Source of the DNA: Anaerolineae bacterium
Lineage (GTDB): Bacteria; Chloroflexota; Anaerolineae; B4-G1
NCBI GenBank assembly: GCA_034432855.1
Contig: DAOUBA010000147.1
Span: forward strand, 1 to 61,854
Length of the DNA: 61,854 bases
Direction of reading: 5' to 3'
Positions within the stretch are counted from its first letter, which is position 1; every line of letters begins with the position of its first letter. Position numbers and translations under genes: made by a program. Of this stretch, positions 52,531 to 61,851 are shown piece after piece. Below the pieces are notes generated by a model. The model was not told the origin of the DNA. It made no database searches and worked only from the letters and a program-made list of their open reading frames with translations.

Positions 52531-52826
52531 TGCACCTCCTCATCGGGGATGTCCAGCACTAATACCCAGAGGTTAGCCGTGTTCGGGGAGAGGGCCCGGC
52601 TCTGTCGGACAACGTCGGCGATGGTGTTGGGGCCGAAGGTGCGCCACAGCCAGCGGATGGCCGCATCGTCTCCGAATTCCAGCACCCGCTCGACGATGTA
52701 CCGCTCATGCCCGGCCACTTCCAACCGGTCAAAGTCTGTGTCCCAGAAGATGGGGCGGAGAAATTCCGGTAATCTTGTGGATGGTTCCAAAGTCCTCCTT
52801 ACAGTCCGGGCTTCCACGTGTGCCAC
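52488..52826 (-). CDS. small partner protein of the AbiEii-like gene (putative antitoxin)
   Basis: 112-aa ORF with [27 protein letters not shown]. Overlaps the toxin start by 43 nt. The start is uncertain: GTG 52826 overlaps the gatA end; TTG 52790 sits only 3 nt after GGAGG. Confidence 0.5.
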   Translation of the reverse strand: MAHVEARTVRRTLEPSTRLPEFLRPIFWDTDFDRLEVAGHERYIVERVLEFGDDAAIRWLWRTFGPNTIADVVRQSRALSPNTANLWVLVLDIPDEEVQCFSKRCRSTSGIF

Positions 52827-54262
52827 TCCGTCGCCTGCTCGTAGGCGTAGGCCACACGCAGCACCTGCTCCTCGCCCAGCGGCGGGCCCATAATCTGCAT
52901 GCCGATGGGCAAGCCGTTGCCGTCAAAGCCGCAAGGCAGGCTCAGGCCGCAATTGCCTGCCAGGTTCATCGAGAGCGTAAAGACGTCGGAGAGGTACATC
53001 TTGAGCGGATCGTCCACTTTCTCGCCGATGCGGAAGGCAGTGGTCGGGCTGGTGGGGGCGACGATCACGTCCACCTGCGCGAACGCGGCGTCGAAATCGG
53101 CCTTGATCAGCGTGCGCACTTTTTGCGCCTTGAGATAGTAGGCGTCGTAGTAGCCGGCGGAGAGCGCGTAGCTGCCGAGCATGATGCGCCGTTTGACCTC
53201 TGCCCCGAACCCTTGTCCCCGCGTAGCCTTGTACATCTCGATCATTCCGCCGCCCTCGTCCACGCGCAGACCGTAGCGCACGCCGTCGTAGCGGGCCAAA
53301 TTGGCGCTGGCCTCTGCTGGCGCGATCAGGTAGTAGACCGGCAAAGCATAGTCGGTATGCGGTAGGCTCACCTCGCGCACCTCTGCGCCCAGGTCGGCGA
53401 GCGTGTCCACCGCCGCGCGCACTGCTGCCTCCACCTCCGGCTGCATGCCCTCGATGAAGTATTCCTTCGGCACGCCGACCCGTATCCCATGTATGTGGGC
53501 CGGGTTGCCAATCCGCCCCACGTAATCCGGGAACAGCGTGTCGAGCGAGGTCGAGTCACGCGGGTCGTGCCCGGCGATAGCCTGGAGCAGAATGGCGGCG
53601 TCAGTCACATCCTTCGCCAACACGCCGACCTGATCGAGCGAGGAGGCATAGGCGACGAGGCCATAGCGGCTCACCAGCCCGTAGGTGGGTTTGAGGCCGA
53701 CGACGCCGCACAGCGCCGCCGGCTGGCGCACGCTCCCACCGGTATCGGTGCCCAGCGCGCCCAGGCATCCGTCGGCGGCGAGAGCAGCGGCGCTCCCGCC
53801 GCTGGAGCCCCCTGGCACGCGCGTGAGGTCCCAGGGGTTGTGCGTGGGGAAGAAGGCCGAGTTCTCGGTGCTCGAGCCCATGGCGAACTCGTCGGTGTTG
53901 GTCTTGCCCAGCAGGATGGCACCCGCAGCCTTCAGCCGCGCTACAGCGGTGGCATCGTAGGGGGGGATGAAATCTTCCAGGATGCGGGAGCCACAGGTGG
54001 TAGGAACGCCCCTGGTGCAGAGCACGTCCTTGATCGCCAGGGGGATGCCCAAGAGCGGCCCTCGTTCGCCGGCAGCGTAGCGTGCGTCCACCTGACGGGC
54101 CTGTTCCAGTGCATCTTCCGGCGTCAGTGTCAGATAAGCCTTGACCTCGTTATCTACTGCCAGGATGCGCTTCAGCACCGCCTCGGTCAGTTCGGTCGCC
54201 GTGATTTCCCCGGAGCCCAGTTTTTCGCTTGCTTCGTGGATGGTCAGTTCGTACAGGTTCAC
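52799..54262 (-). CDS. gatA: Glu-tRNA(Gln)/Asp-tRNA(Asn) amidotransferase subunit A
   Basis: Amidase signature [13 protein letters not shown] and KDV.CT. GTG 54262 lies 7 nt after the gatC stop. Confidence 0.93.
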   Translation of the reverse strand: MNLYELTIHEASEKLGSGEITATELTEAVLKRILAVDNEVKAYLTLTPEDALEQARQVDARYAAGERGPLLGIPLAIKDVLCTRGVPTTCGSRILEDFIPPYDATAVARLKAAGAILLGKTNTDEFAMGSSTENSAFFPTHNPWDLTRVPGGSSGGSAAALAADGCLGALGTDTGGSVRQPAALCGVVGLKPTYGLVSRYGLVAYASSLDQVGVLAKDVTDAAILLQAIAGHDPRDSTSLDTLFPDYVGRIGNPAHIHGIRVGVPKEYFIEGMQPEVEAAVRAAVDTLADLGAEVREVSLPHTDYALPVYYLIAPAEASANLARYDGVRYGLRVDEGGGMIEMYKATRGQGFGAEVKRRIMLGSYALSAGYYDAYYLKAQKVRTLIKADFDAAFAQVDVIVAPTSPTTAFRIGEKVDDPLKMYLSDVFTLSMNLAGNCGLSLPCGFDGNGLPIGMQIMGPPLGEEQVLRVAYAYEQATEWHTWKPGL

Positions 54263-54269
54263 GGCACAC

Positions 54270-54560
54270 CTATTCTTCGAGCACGGCGGGGACACGAAAG
54301 CACCCCTCCTCGGCAGCGGGAGCGTTGGCGAGAAGGTCCTCACGCGGGAAAGGGGCCTTGACCTCGTCGGCGCGCATCACGCTGGAGAGCGGCAGCACGC
54401 TGGCCGTGGGAGGAATCGCCTCGGTGTCCAACTGCCGTAGTCGCTCGAAGTATTCCAGGATCGCGGATAGTTGCTCCTGGTAGAGCGCCTTTTCCTCTTC
54501 GGTCAGCGCCAGGCGGGCCAGTTCGGCGATGTGTTCGACCTGTTCTCGGCTCAGTTTCAT
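54270..54560 (-). CDS. gatC: amidotransferase subunit C
   Basis: [26 protein letters not shown] at 54560. Confidence 0.9.
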   Translation of the reverse strand: MKLSREQVEHIAELARLALTEEEKALYQEQLSAILEYFERLRQLDTEAIPPTASVLPLSSVMRADEVKAPFPREDLLANAPAAEEGCFRVPAVLEE

Positions 54561-54580
54561 CGCACGCTCCTCAAGGATTT

Positions 54581-54720
54581 TACCACGACGGACACAAAGG
54601 ACACGAAGTGATCTGAAGGACGCAGATGCCACAACCCTTTCGGTCACTCGTTCCAGTTTTACCTGACTCTGCGTCTCTTCAATACCTTCAACCTTTGTGT
54701 CCTTCGTGTCCTTTGTGGTA
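54581..54720. repeat. AAGGACAC-family inverted repeat pair upstream of gatC
   Basis: Left arm taccacgacggacacaaaggacacgaag; right arm acctttgtgtccttcgtgtcctttgtggta, about 80 nt apart. Same family as 17-90. Confidence 0.65.
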
Positions 54721-54840
54721 GAAAAACAATCTGACCGGATAGCACGATTATAGCATCATCGGGACAGAGGGGCAACTATGTTCGCCCCTTTCTGCCAACC
54801 ATGTTATAATGAGTATCCAACTCACCACGCGAAGGCAACT

Positions 54841-55476
54841 ATGACGAATCTGTTCGATCCCGATTGGCTGATTACGATGGGCATTCTGTTCCTGACCAGC
54901 ATGCCCATTCACGAATGGGCGCATGCCTGGGTCGCCTACCGGCTGGGCGATGACACGGCGGCCCTGCACGGGCGGTTGACGCTCAATCCGCTGGCCCACC
55001 TTGATCCCATCGGCGTCATCACGCTGGTGTTGTTTGGCTACGGCTGGGGAAAGCCCGTGCCGGTCAGCCCCTACCGGCTGCGGGGGAACATGCGCGCCAG
55101 CCGGGCGCTGGTCAGTGCCGCCGGCCCGTTCTCGAACCTGGTGCTGGCCATGCTCGCCGCGATCCCGTTTCGGATGGGATGGCTGGATTTTTCTACAAGA
55201 GGCGGTTCTATCAGCCTGCCGAACATTTTGAGCACCTTCATTCTGATCAACCTGAGCCTGATGATCTTCAATCTGATCCCTTTCCCCCCGCTCGACGGCT
55301 CGCGCATCCTATCCTGGCTGCTGCCGCGGCGCTGGGCCGAGACGATGGATCAGTTCGAGCGCTATGGCGGGTTGGGACTAATGCTGACCCTGTTCCTGCT
55401 CTCGCGGTCGGGCATCCTCAGCCGGGTCATTTACCCGGCGATGCTGTTCATGCTCCGCCTGTTGTTGTTCTACTGA
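54841..55476 (+). CDS. M50-family (site-2 protease-like) membrane metalloprotease
   Basis: HEWAHAWVAY (HExxH) and NLIPFPPLDGSRIL motifs. Confidence 0.8.
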   Translation: MTNLFDPDWLITMGILFLTSMPIHEWAHAWVAYRLGDDTAALHGRLTLNPLAHLDPIGVITLVLFGYGWGKPVPVSPYRLRGNMRASRALVSAAGPFSNLVLAMLAAIPFRMGWLDFSTRGGSISLPNILSTFILINLSLMIFNLIPFPPLDGSRILSWLLPRRWAETMDQFERYGGLGLMLTLFLLSRSGILSRVIYPAMLFMLRLLLFY

Positions 55477-55482
55477 AACGCG

Positions 55483-56004
55483 ATGGTGGGTACAATCTGC
55501 TATCGCGCCGGGCAGTTCTTTCGGGCGCTGACCGCGCGAGTGTCGGAAGAGGAGATCGTACGGACGATGGGCATCCTGACGCCGGAAGCGCAGGTGCTCT
55601 TTCGCCGTCAATCTGCTCAGGATCAGCACCACGCGCTGACGGTGTATCGTGTGCTGAACGCGGGCGGCCACACGAACCAGCACCTGCTGGCGGCGGCGCT
55701 TCTACACGATGTGGGCAAGGCGGCCGCCCGGCTCTCGGTATGGCATCGTGTGGTCATCGTGCTCCTGGGACGCCTCGCGCCGCGCATGTTGGAGCGGTTG
55801 GGGCAAGGAGAGGAGGGTGGGTGGCGTCAACCGTTCGTCGTTCACGCCCGGCACGCCGAAACCGGTGCGCGTTGGGCCGAGGAGGCTGGCTGCACCTTGC
55901 TCACCGTTGCTCTCATCCGGCGGCATCATGAGCGGCCAGCGGCCTGTTCGACTGAGGCAGATCGCCTGTTGCTCGCCCTGCAAACAGCGGACAACCAGAA
56001 CTAG
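55483..56004 (+). CDS. HD-domain phosphohydrolase-like protein
   Basis: H...HD pattern (HHALTV...ALLHDVGK) and a distal RRHHE. Confidence 0.65.
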   Translation: MVGTICYRAGQFFRALTARVSEEEIVRTMGILTPEAQVLFRRQSAQDQHHALTVYRVLNAGGHTNQHLLAAALLHDVGKAAARLSVWHRVVIVLLGRLAPRMLERLGQGEEGGWRQPFVVHARHAETGARWAEEAGCTLLTVALIRRHHERPAACSTEADRLLLALQTADNQN

Positions 56005-56043
56005 CCACGAGATGGTTCATAATCGGTTTCAGGAGGTCGCACT

Positions 56044-57060
56044 ATGGGGTTCAAACGGGTCGCCATCATCGGCGCTAATCGTATCAGCGTCTCTCTTGCC
56101 CTGGCGTTGAAGGCGCAAACCGAGCCGCCCGAGATCGTCGGCAGCGATGCTGACGTTGCGCTGGCACGCAAAGCGCATGGCATGGGTGCCTTCGACCGGC
56201 AGGAGCACCGGGCTGACCGGGTGTGCCGGGACGCGGACCTGGTCATCGTCTCCACGCCGCTCTCCGCGGTCCGCGAAACCTTCGCGGCGATCTCGCCGTA
56301 CCTCCAACCCGGCTGCCTGGTCACCGACACGGCGCCCCTCAAGACCCCGGTACTGCGCTGGGCCGCGGAACTGCTGCCGGCGAACGTCCCCTTCGTCGGC
56401 GGGCATGTCATTCCCAACCCGGCTATCGTCGGCTTCGATCAGCCGGAAGGGCTGGACGACGCCAGTGCCGGGCTGCTGAAGAACGCGCTCTATTGCCTTA
56501 CCACCTCGCCCCAGACCTCCGGCGCAGCGGTGAATCGGCTCGTCGCGCTGGCCGGGATGCTCGAGGCCCAGCCGCTTCTTATAGATGCCACCGAGCATGA
56601 CGGCCTGCAGGCCGGGGTCGAAGGGCTGCCCGAACTGCTGGCTGTTGCGCTCCTGCGGGCGACTGTGGATACGCCGGGCTGGCGGGAGATGCGCAAATTC
56701 GCCGATCTCCGCTTTGCCGTCGCCACCCACAACGCCGCCGACGCTTACGAGCGCTACGGCGACCTTTATCTCAACCGCGAGAACGTGCTCCTGCGCCTCG
56801 ACGGTCTCCTCAACGAGTTGATCCGCCTGCGCAATCTGCTGGCCGATGGGGATGAGGAGGCACTGGCGGGCATGTTTACCGCTGCTGCCGAGGGGCGGGT
56901 GCGCTGGATTGCGGAGCGCGAGCAGGGAATGTGGGTCAAGGAACTCGGAATCGCCGACACGAGCCGCCTCCCTTCTCCGGGCGATCGCTTCCTGCAGATG
57001 CTCTTTGGCGGCACAGCCGGCCGGCGGGACAGAAAGTCGGGACGCTCGCCTGACAAATAG
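56044..57060 (+). CDS. prephenate/arogenate dehydrogenase-family protein (divergent)
   Basis: DLVIVSTPL, VTDTAPLK, FVGGHVIP, ATEHD resemble TyrA. The N-terminal dinucleotide motif reads IIGANRIS rather than GxGxxG. Confidence 0.55.
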   Translation: MGFKRVAIIGANRISVSLALALKAQTEPPEIVGSDADVALARKAHGMGAFDRQEHRADRVCRDADLVIVSTPLSAVRETFAAISPYLQPGCLVTDTAPLKTPVLRWAAELLPANVPFVGGHVIPNPAIVGFDQPEGLDDASAGLLKNALYCLTTSPQTSGAAVNRLVALAGMLEAQPLLIDATEHDGLQAGVEGLPELLAVALLRATVDTPGWREMRKFADLRFAVATHNAADAYERYGDLYLNRENVLLRLDGLLNELIRLRNLLADGDEEALAGMFTAAAEGRVRWIAEREQGMWVKELGIADTSRLPSPGDRFLQMLFGGTAGRRDRKSGRSPDK

Positions 57061-57094
57061 CCCGAGAACTTATCATAATCCCCGAGTTTTGAGC

Positions 57095-58333
57095 GTGTCG
57101 CACGAAACCCTGCGTATCCTGATGATCGTTCCCAGTTCGTTCTTCTCCGACTACGGCGCTCATGTGCGCGTCGTTGAGGAGGTGCGGGCGCTGCAAAAAC
57201 TGGGCCAGCGCGTGACCATCATTACCTACTACCTGGGACGCGACCTGCCGGATATGGAGATTATCCGCACCCGGCCCACGCCATGGCGCGCCGATTACGA
57301 GATCGGCTCCTCACGGCACAAGTTTGCCTTCGACATCTTCCTGGGCTGGACCGGGTTGAAGGTCGCGCTGACCCGTCGCTTCGACATCATTCACGGCCAC
57401 CTGCACGAAGGTGCGCTCATTGGCTACTTTTTGAGCCGCATCCAGCGCGTGCCGCTCATAGCCGACTATCAGGGCAGCATGACCAGCGAAATGGTGGATC
57501 ACAAGTTTCTCGATCCCAACGGGCCGTGGTACTATTGGGCGCGGCGGCTTGAAATGCGCATCAACACCCTTCCCGATCTGATCCTGACCAGCACGAATCA
57601 GGCCGCGATAGTTATGGTGAAAGAGTTTGGCTCTGATCCCGCCCGCGTCCGCCCGCTGCCCGATAGCGTCAACGTACGCTTCTTCAACCCTGCTGTACTC
57701 TCTCCCGCCGAGCGGGCGGCCCGGCGAGCTGCTTTGGGCATCCCCGACAGCCGGCCTGTCATCGTCTACCTGGGACTGCTGACTGACTACCAGGGCATTC
57801 CTCAACTGCTTGAAGCGACACGCATCCTCAAGGAGCGCGGCAAAACGTTTCACGTGCTGATCGGCGGCTTCCCCACGCCGCGTTATGAGAAGATGGCGGC
57901 AGAGTTAGGCGTGAGCGACCGGGTGACTTTTCGCGGCAAAATCCCGCTGGAGGAGGCGCCGGCCCACTTGGCGCTGGGCGATATTGCCGTGGCGCCCAAA
58001 CTCTCCGCCACCGAGGGCTGCGGCAAGATCCTGGATTACATGGCGATGGGCCTGCCCACCGTGGCGTTCGATACGCCGCAGAGCCGGGAATACATGGGGG
58101 CGCTGGGTTCGTACGCGGGCAAGGCCGGGGACCCGCTTGCACTGGCGGATGCCCTCGCTGTATTCCTGGACGATCCTCAAAAGCGAGCCGAGGCGGGTCA
58201 GCGCCTGCGCGAGCGGGCCGAACATCATTTCTCCTGGGAACGCACCGGACGGCAGTTGCTCCAAATCTACCGCGCCGTCCTTGCGTCCAGAGATCCTCGG
58301 GGGTTACATGGCGATCCTGAAACATCTGCGTGA
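57095..58333 (+). CDS. GT4-family (GT-B) glycosyltransferase
   Basis: RILMIVPS N-terminus; C-terminal E-x7-E region (GKILDYMAMGLPTVAFD). GTG 57095 or ATG 57122. Confidence 0.78.
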   Translation: MSHETLRILMIVPSSFFSDYGAHVRVVEEVRALQKLGQRVTIITYYLGRDLPDMEIIRTRPTPWRADYEIGSSRHKFAFDIFLGWTGLKVALTRRFDIIHGHLHEGALIGYFLSRIQRVPLIADYQGSMTSEMVDHKFLDPNGPWYYWARRLEMRINTLPDLILTSTNQAAIVMVKEFGSDPARVRPLPDSVNVRFFNPAVLSPAERAARRAALGIPDSRPVIVYLGLLTDYQGIPQLLEATRILKERGKTFHVLIGGFPTPRYEKMAAELGVSDRVTFRGKIPLEEAPAHLALGDIAVAPKLSATEGCGKILDYMAMGLPTVAFDTPQSREYMGALGSYAGKAGDPLALADALAVFLDDPQKRAEAGQRLRERAEHHFSWERTGRQLLQIYRAVLASRDPRGLHGDPETSA

Positions 58334-59123
58334 GTTCTGGCAATACCGTGAGTTGTTGCGCAATCTAGTCGTGCGCGACGTCAAGGTGCGCTATAAGAAT
58401 TCGATCCTGGGCGTCGCTTGGTCGTGGCTCAACCCGTTGCTGATGATGATCGTCTATACCATATTCTTCACGATTCTGATGCGCAACACTAACTTTCCTC
58501 ACTACCCCGTCTTCCTCCTGAGCGGGCTTTTGCCCTGGAACTTCTTCAGCGAATCGGTCACGTCGGCCACCGGCGCCATCGTCAACAATGCTCATCTCAT
58601 CAAAAAGGTCTACTTCCCCCGCGAGATCCTGCCCATCTCCATCGTGTTTTCGGGGCTGATCAACTTCATCATCGCTTTGCCGGTTCTTTTTGCTATGACG
58701 CTCATCTTCGGTGTACACCTGACGCCGTGGGTGTTGCTGCTACCGATCACTATCCTGATTCAGGTGATCTTTACCATCGGATTGACGCTGGTCCTCTCGA
58801 CGCTGAACGTCTTTTACCGCGATACCCAATTCATCCTCAGCGTGCTCATGTTGGCGTGGTTCTTCCTGACGCCTGTGTTCTATCCCATCGAGACGGTGCC
58901 GCAAAGCGCCACCCTATTGGGCGTCACGTTCAATGCCCGTCTATGGCTGTACCGGCTGAACCCGATGGCCTCCATCATCGCCTCGTACCGCGATCTGCTT
59001 TATTGGGGCGCGCCGACAGGGTGGGATTTCCTGTTGCGTACCGCCGTTACGTCCCTATTCGTGCTCGTCGTAGGTTGTACCGTGTTCCTGCACTATGGCC
59101 CGCGCTTTGGCGAGGAGGTATAA
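58308..59123 (+). CDS. ABC-2 type (Wzm/TagG-like) polysaccharide export permease
   Basis: RELLRNLVVRDVKVRYKNSILGVAWSWLNPLLMM signature and six TM segments. Overlaps the GT4 gene by 26 nt. Confidence 0.8.
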   Translation: MAILKHLREFWQYRELLRNLVVRDVKVRYKNSILGVAWSWLNPLLMMIVYTIFFTILMRNTNFPHYPVFLLSGLLPWNFFSESVTSATGAIVNNAHLIKKVYFPREILPISIVFSGLINFIIALPVLFAMTLIFGVHLTPWVLLLPITILIQVIFTIGLTLVLSTLNVFYRDTQFILSVLMLAWFFLTPVFYPIETVPQSATLLGVTFNARLWLYRLNPMASIIASYRDLLYWGAPTGWDFLLRTAVTSLFVLVVGCTVFLHYGPRFGEEV

Positions 59124-59126
59124 CCC

Positions 59127-59189
59127 TCCTAACCCCTCCCCCTTTATCCCCCTCCCCTTCCCCCCGCTATGCGAGGGGAAGGGGAGGGG
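59127..59189. repeat. C-rich/G-rich hairpin element (TCCTAACCCCTCCC family)
   Basis: tcctaacccctccc then a perfect 15-bp stem cccctccccttcccc (59149-59163) / ggggaaggggagggg (59175-59189). Confidence 0.75.
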
Positions 59190-59214
59190 GCAGGGGGTGA
59201 GGTTGGGGGTACCG

Positions 59215-61719
59215 ATGACCGACCAACCGTTTGCTGAAATCGCGGTCCTGGCGCCAGGCGTGGAAATGCCGGCCTTTACCTACGAGGTGCCCCCGGCGCT
59301 GCAGGGCCGCCTGAAGGAGGGTTCACTCGTCATCGTTCCCTTCGGCCCGCGGCGGCTCTATGGCGTCGTCCTCACGCTCGCGTCTGTATCCCCCGTCGCC
59401 GGGACGCGCCCGGTCGAGTCGCTGGTGGACCCCGAGCCGGTGCTGCTGCCGGCGCAGATCGCGCTGGCGCGCTGGTTGAGCCGCGAATACCTCGCGCCAC
59501 TCCACGAGTGTCTTGCCCTGATGCTGCCGCCGGGGGTGGTGGGTTACGCCGACGTCGTGCTCTCGCTGGCAGGCGAGATGCCCGCGAGGGTAACACCCGC
59601 CCAGCGCCGGTTGATTGCCCTGCTCCAGGAGCGCGGCCCGCTGCGCGGCGCCCAACTCGACGGACTTTTGTGCGGCGTGGACTGGCGCACGGCTGCCGGG
59701 CAACTCGTGCGCCGCGGCGTTATTGCCCGCGAGTCCTTCCTCGCCCCACCGCGCGCTCGCCCCAGACAGGTGCGCACTGTGCAATTCGTCCCCCTCGCTG
59801 ACGTGGAGGCGGCGCTGAAAGGACTCCGCAGCGAGGTCTATCGGGACATTATCGGTTTCTTGCAGGCGGAGGACGGCCCGGTGGACGTCAGTTGGGTCTA
59901 TGCCGAGACCGGCTGTGAGCGCCGTCACCTCGATACATTGGCCGAGCGCGGCCTGGTCGCCTTCGATACCGAAGCGGCCTGGCGCGATCCTCTGGCCGGG
60001 CAGGTCTTTATCCCCACCACGCCGCCGCCCCTCACAGCCGACCAACAGGCTGCCTGGACCCCCATAGAATCCGCAATCTGCAATCTGCAATCTGCAATCT
60101 TCTTACTCCACGGCGTCACCGGCTCTGGCAAGACCGAGATCTATTTGCGCGCGGTGGCAGAGGTGTTGAGGCAAGGCCGGCGTGCGTTCGTCCTTGTCCC
60201 CGAGATCTCGCTCACCCCGCAGACGGTTGCCCGTTTTGCCGCGCGCTTCCCCGGCCGCGTCGCCGTCCTCCACAGTGCGCTCACCGAGGGCGAGCGGTAC
60301 GACGTCTGGCGGCGCGCCCGTGCCGGGCTGGTGGACGTCGTCGTAGGGCCGCGCTCGGCGCTCTTTGCGCCGCTGATGCCGCTGGGGTTGATCGTGCTGG
60401 ACGAGGAACACGACGAGAGTTACAAGCAGGAGGCCCCGCGCCCGCGTTACCGCGCCCGCGACGCCGCAGTGGAACTGGCCCGCCTGACCGGAGCGACACT
60501 CATCCTCGGTTCCGCCACGCCCAGCCTGGAATCGTACCTGCGGGCGCAGCGCGGCGAATTCACCCTGCTGGAGATGCCCCATCGCATCATGGGCCACGCC
60601 CGCCGCCTGCGCGACCTTCAGGCCCACTACCGCGTCTCCGGCAGCGGCTACCACACGCTACGCGACGGCCCCGCCGAAGCGCGTTACCGGCCCCTGCCGC
60701 CGGTGCAAGTGGTGGACCTGCGCGCCGAACTGCGCGCGGGCAACGTCTCCATCTTTAGCCGTGCCCTCCAGCAGGCGCTGGACGAGGCGCTGGGACGTGG
60801 CGAGCAGGCGATCCTTTTTCTCAACCGACGCGGGACGGCCACCTTTGTCCTCTGCCGGGATTGCGGCCACGTCCTCCGTTGCCCGCATTGCGATACCCCT
60901 CTGACTTATCACGGCCCGCGCGCCCACCTGGTCTGCCATCACTGCAATCACCGTGAACCGCAAACCGACGAATGCCCCCGCTGCGGCAGCCAGCGCATCC
61001 GCTACTTTGGCCTGGGCACCGAACGGGTCGAGCAGGCGGTACGGGAGCGCTGGCCGGACGCGCGTCTCCTGCGCTGGGATCGCGACACCGCCCGCCCGCA
61101 CGAGGCCCACGCGGGCATCCTCCAGCGCTTCGCCGATGGCAAGGCCGACATCCTCATTGGCACGCAGATGATCGCCAAAGGGCTGGACCTGCCACTGGTG
61201 ACCGTTGTCGGCGTGATCTCGGCCGATACCGCGCTCAACCTACCCGACTTTCGCGCCGCCGAGCGCACCTTCCAGTTGCTCGCTCAGGTGGCCGGGCGCG
61301 CCGGACGGGGGCTGTTGGGCGGACGGGTCATTCTTCAGACCTACCACCCCGACCACTATGCCATTGTGGCCGCCGCCGCCCACGATTACGCCGGCTTCAC
61401 CCTGCGGGAACTATCCTTCCGCCGTGAGCAGGGCTATCCGCCCTATTGTCGCCTGACTAGACTGGTCTATGAAGACGCCAGTCCCTCCCGCGCCCAACGG
61501 GAGGCCGAAGTGTTGGCCGGGACCCTGCGCGATGCGCTGGCGCGGCGCGAGTTGCCGCCAACCGACCTGATCGGCCCGGCTCCGGCCTTCTTCAGCCGGC
61601 TGCGCGACCGTTACCGCTGGCAACTGCTCCTGCGCCATCCCGACCCTGCCGAATTCCTGCGCGCTGTCCAAGTTCCTGCCGGCTGGCGGGTGGATATAGA
61701 CCCGGTTAGCGTGTTGTAG
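59215..61719 (+). CDS. priA: primosomal protein N' (replication restart helicase PriA)
   Basis: Walker A GVTGSGKTE, DEEHD, Cys-rich zinc region CRDCGHVLRCPHCD...CHHCN...CPRCGS. ATG at 59215. Confidence 0.92.
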   Translation: MTDQPFAEIAVLAPGVEMPAFTYEVPPALQGRLKEGSLVIVPFGPRRLYGVVLTLASVSPVAGTRPVESLVDPEPVLLPAQIALARWLSREYLAPLHECLALMLPPGVVGYADVVLSLAGEMPARVTPAQRRLIALLQERGPLRGAQLDGLLCGVDWRTAAGQLVRRGVIARESFLAPPRARPRQVRTVQFVPLADVEAALKGLRSEVYRDIIGFLQAEDGPVDVSWVYAETGCERRHLDTLAERGLVAFDTEAAWRDPLAGQVFIPTTPPPLTADQQAAWTPIESAICNLQSAIFLLHGVTGSGKTEIYLRAVAEVLRQGRRAFVLVPEISLTPQTVARFAARFPGRVAVLHSALTEGERYDVWRRARAGLVDVVVGPRSALFAPLMPLGLIVLDEEHDESYKQEAPRPRYRARDAAVELARLTGATLILGSATPSLESYLRAQRGEFTLLEMPHRIMGHARRLRDLQAHYRVSGSGYHTLRDGPAEARYRPLPPVQVVDLRAELRAGNVSIFSRALQQALDEALGRGEQAILFLNRRGTATFVLCRDCGHVLRCPHCDTPLTYHGPRAHLVCHHCNHREPQTDECPRCGSQRIRYFGLGTERVEQAVRERWPDARLLRWDRDTARPHEAHAGILQRFADGKADILIGTQMIAKGLDLPLVTVVGVISADTALNLPDFRAAERTFQLLAQVAGRAGRGLLGGRVILQTYHPDHYAIVAAAAHDYAGFTLRELSFRREQGYPPYCRLTRLVYEDASPSRAQREAEVLAGTLRDALARRELPPTDLIGPAPAFFSRLRDRYRWQLLLRHPDPAEFLRAVQVPAGWRVDIDPVSVL
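60073..60100. repeat. GCAATCT heptamer x4 inside priA
   Basis: gcaatct gcaatct gcaatct gcaatct. Encodes AICNLQSAI, four codons upstream of the Walker A motif. Confidence 0.8.
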
Positions 61720-61793
61720 GAGGTGACTCCACCGCGAAGATTTTGCTCTTGGCCGCACCGGCCTGAAAGAGTCGGCGCTGGCGGGGTGACCTC

Positions 61794-61851
61794 TCCTAAC
61801 CCCTCCCGCACCCTCCCCTTCCCTCTCCGCAACGGAGAGGGAAGGGGAGGG
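61794..61851. repeat. C-rich/G-rich hairpin element (TCCTAACCCCTCCC family)
   Basis: tcctaacccctccc (identical to 59127-59140) then a perfect 19-bp stem ccctccccttccctctccg / cggagagggaaggggaggg with a 3-nt loop. Confidence 0.75.
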
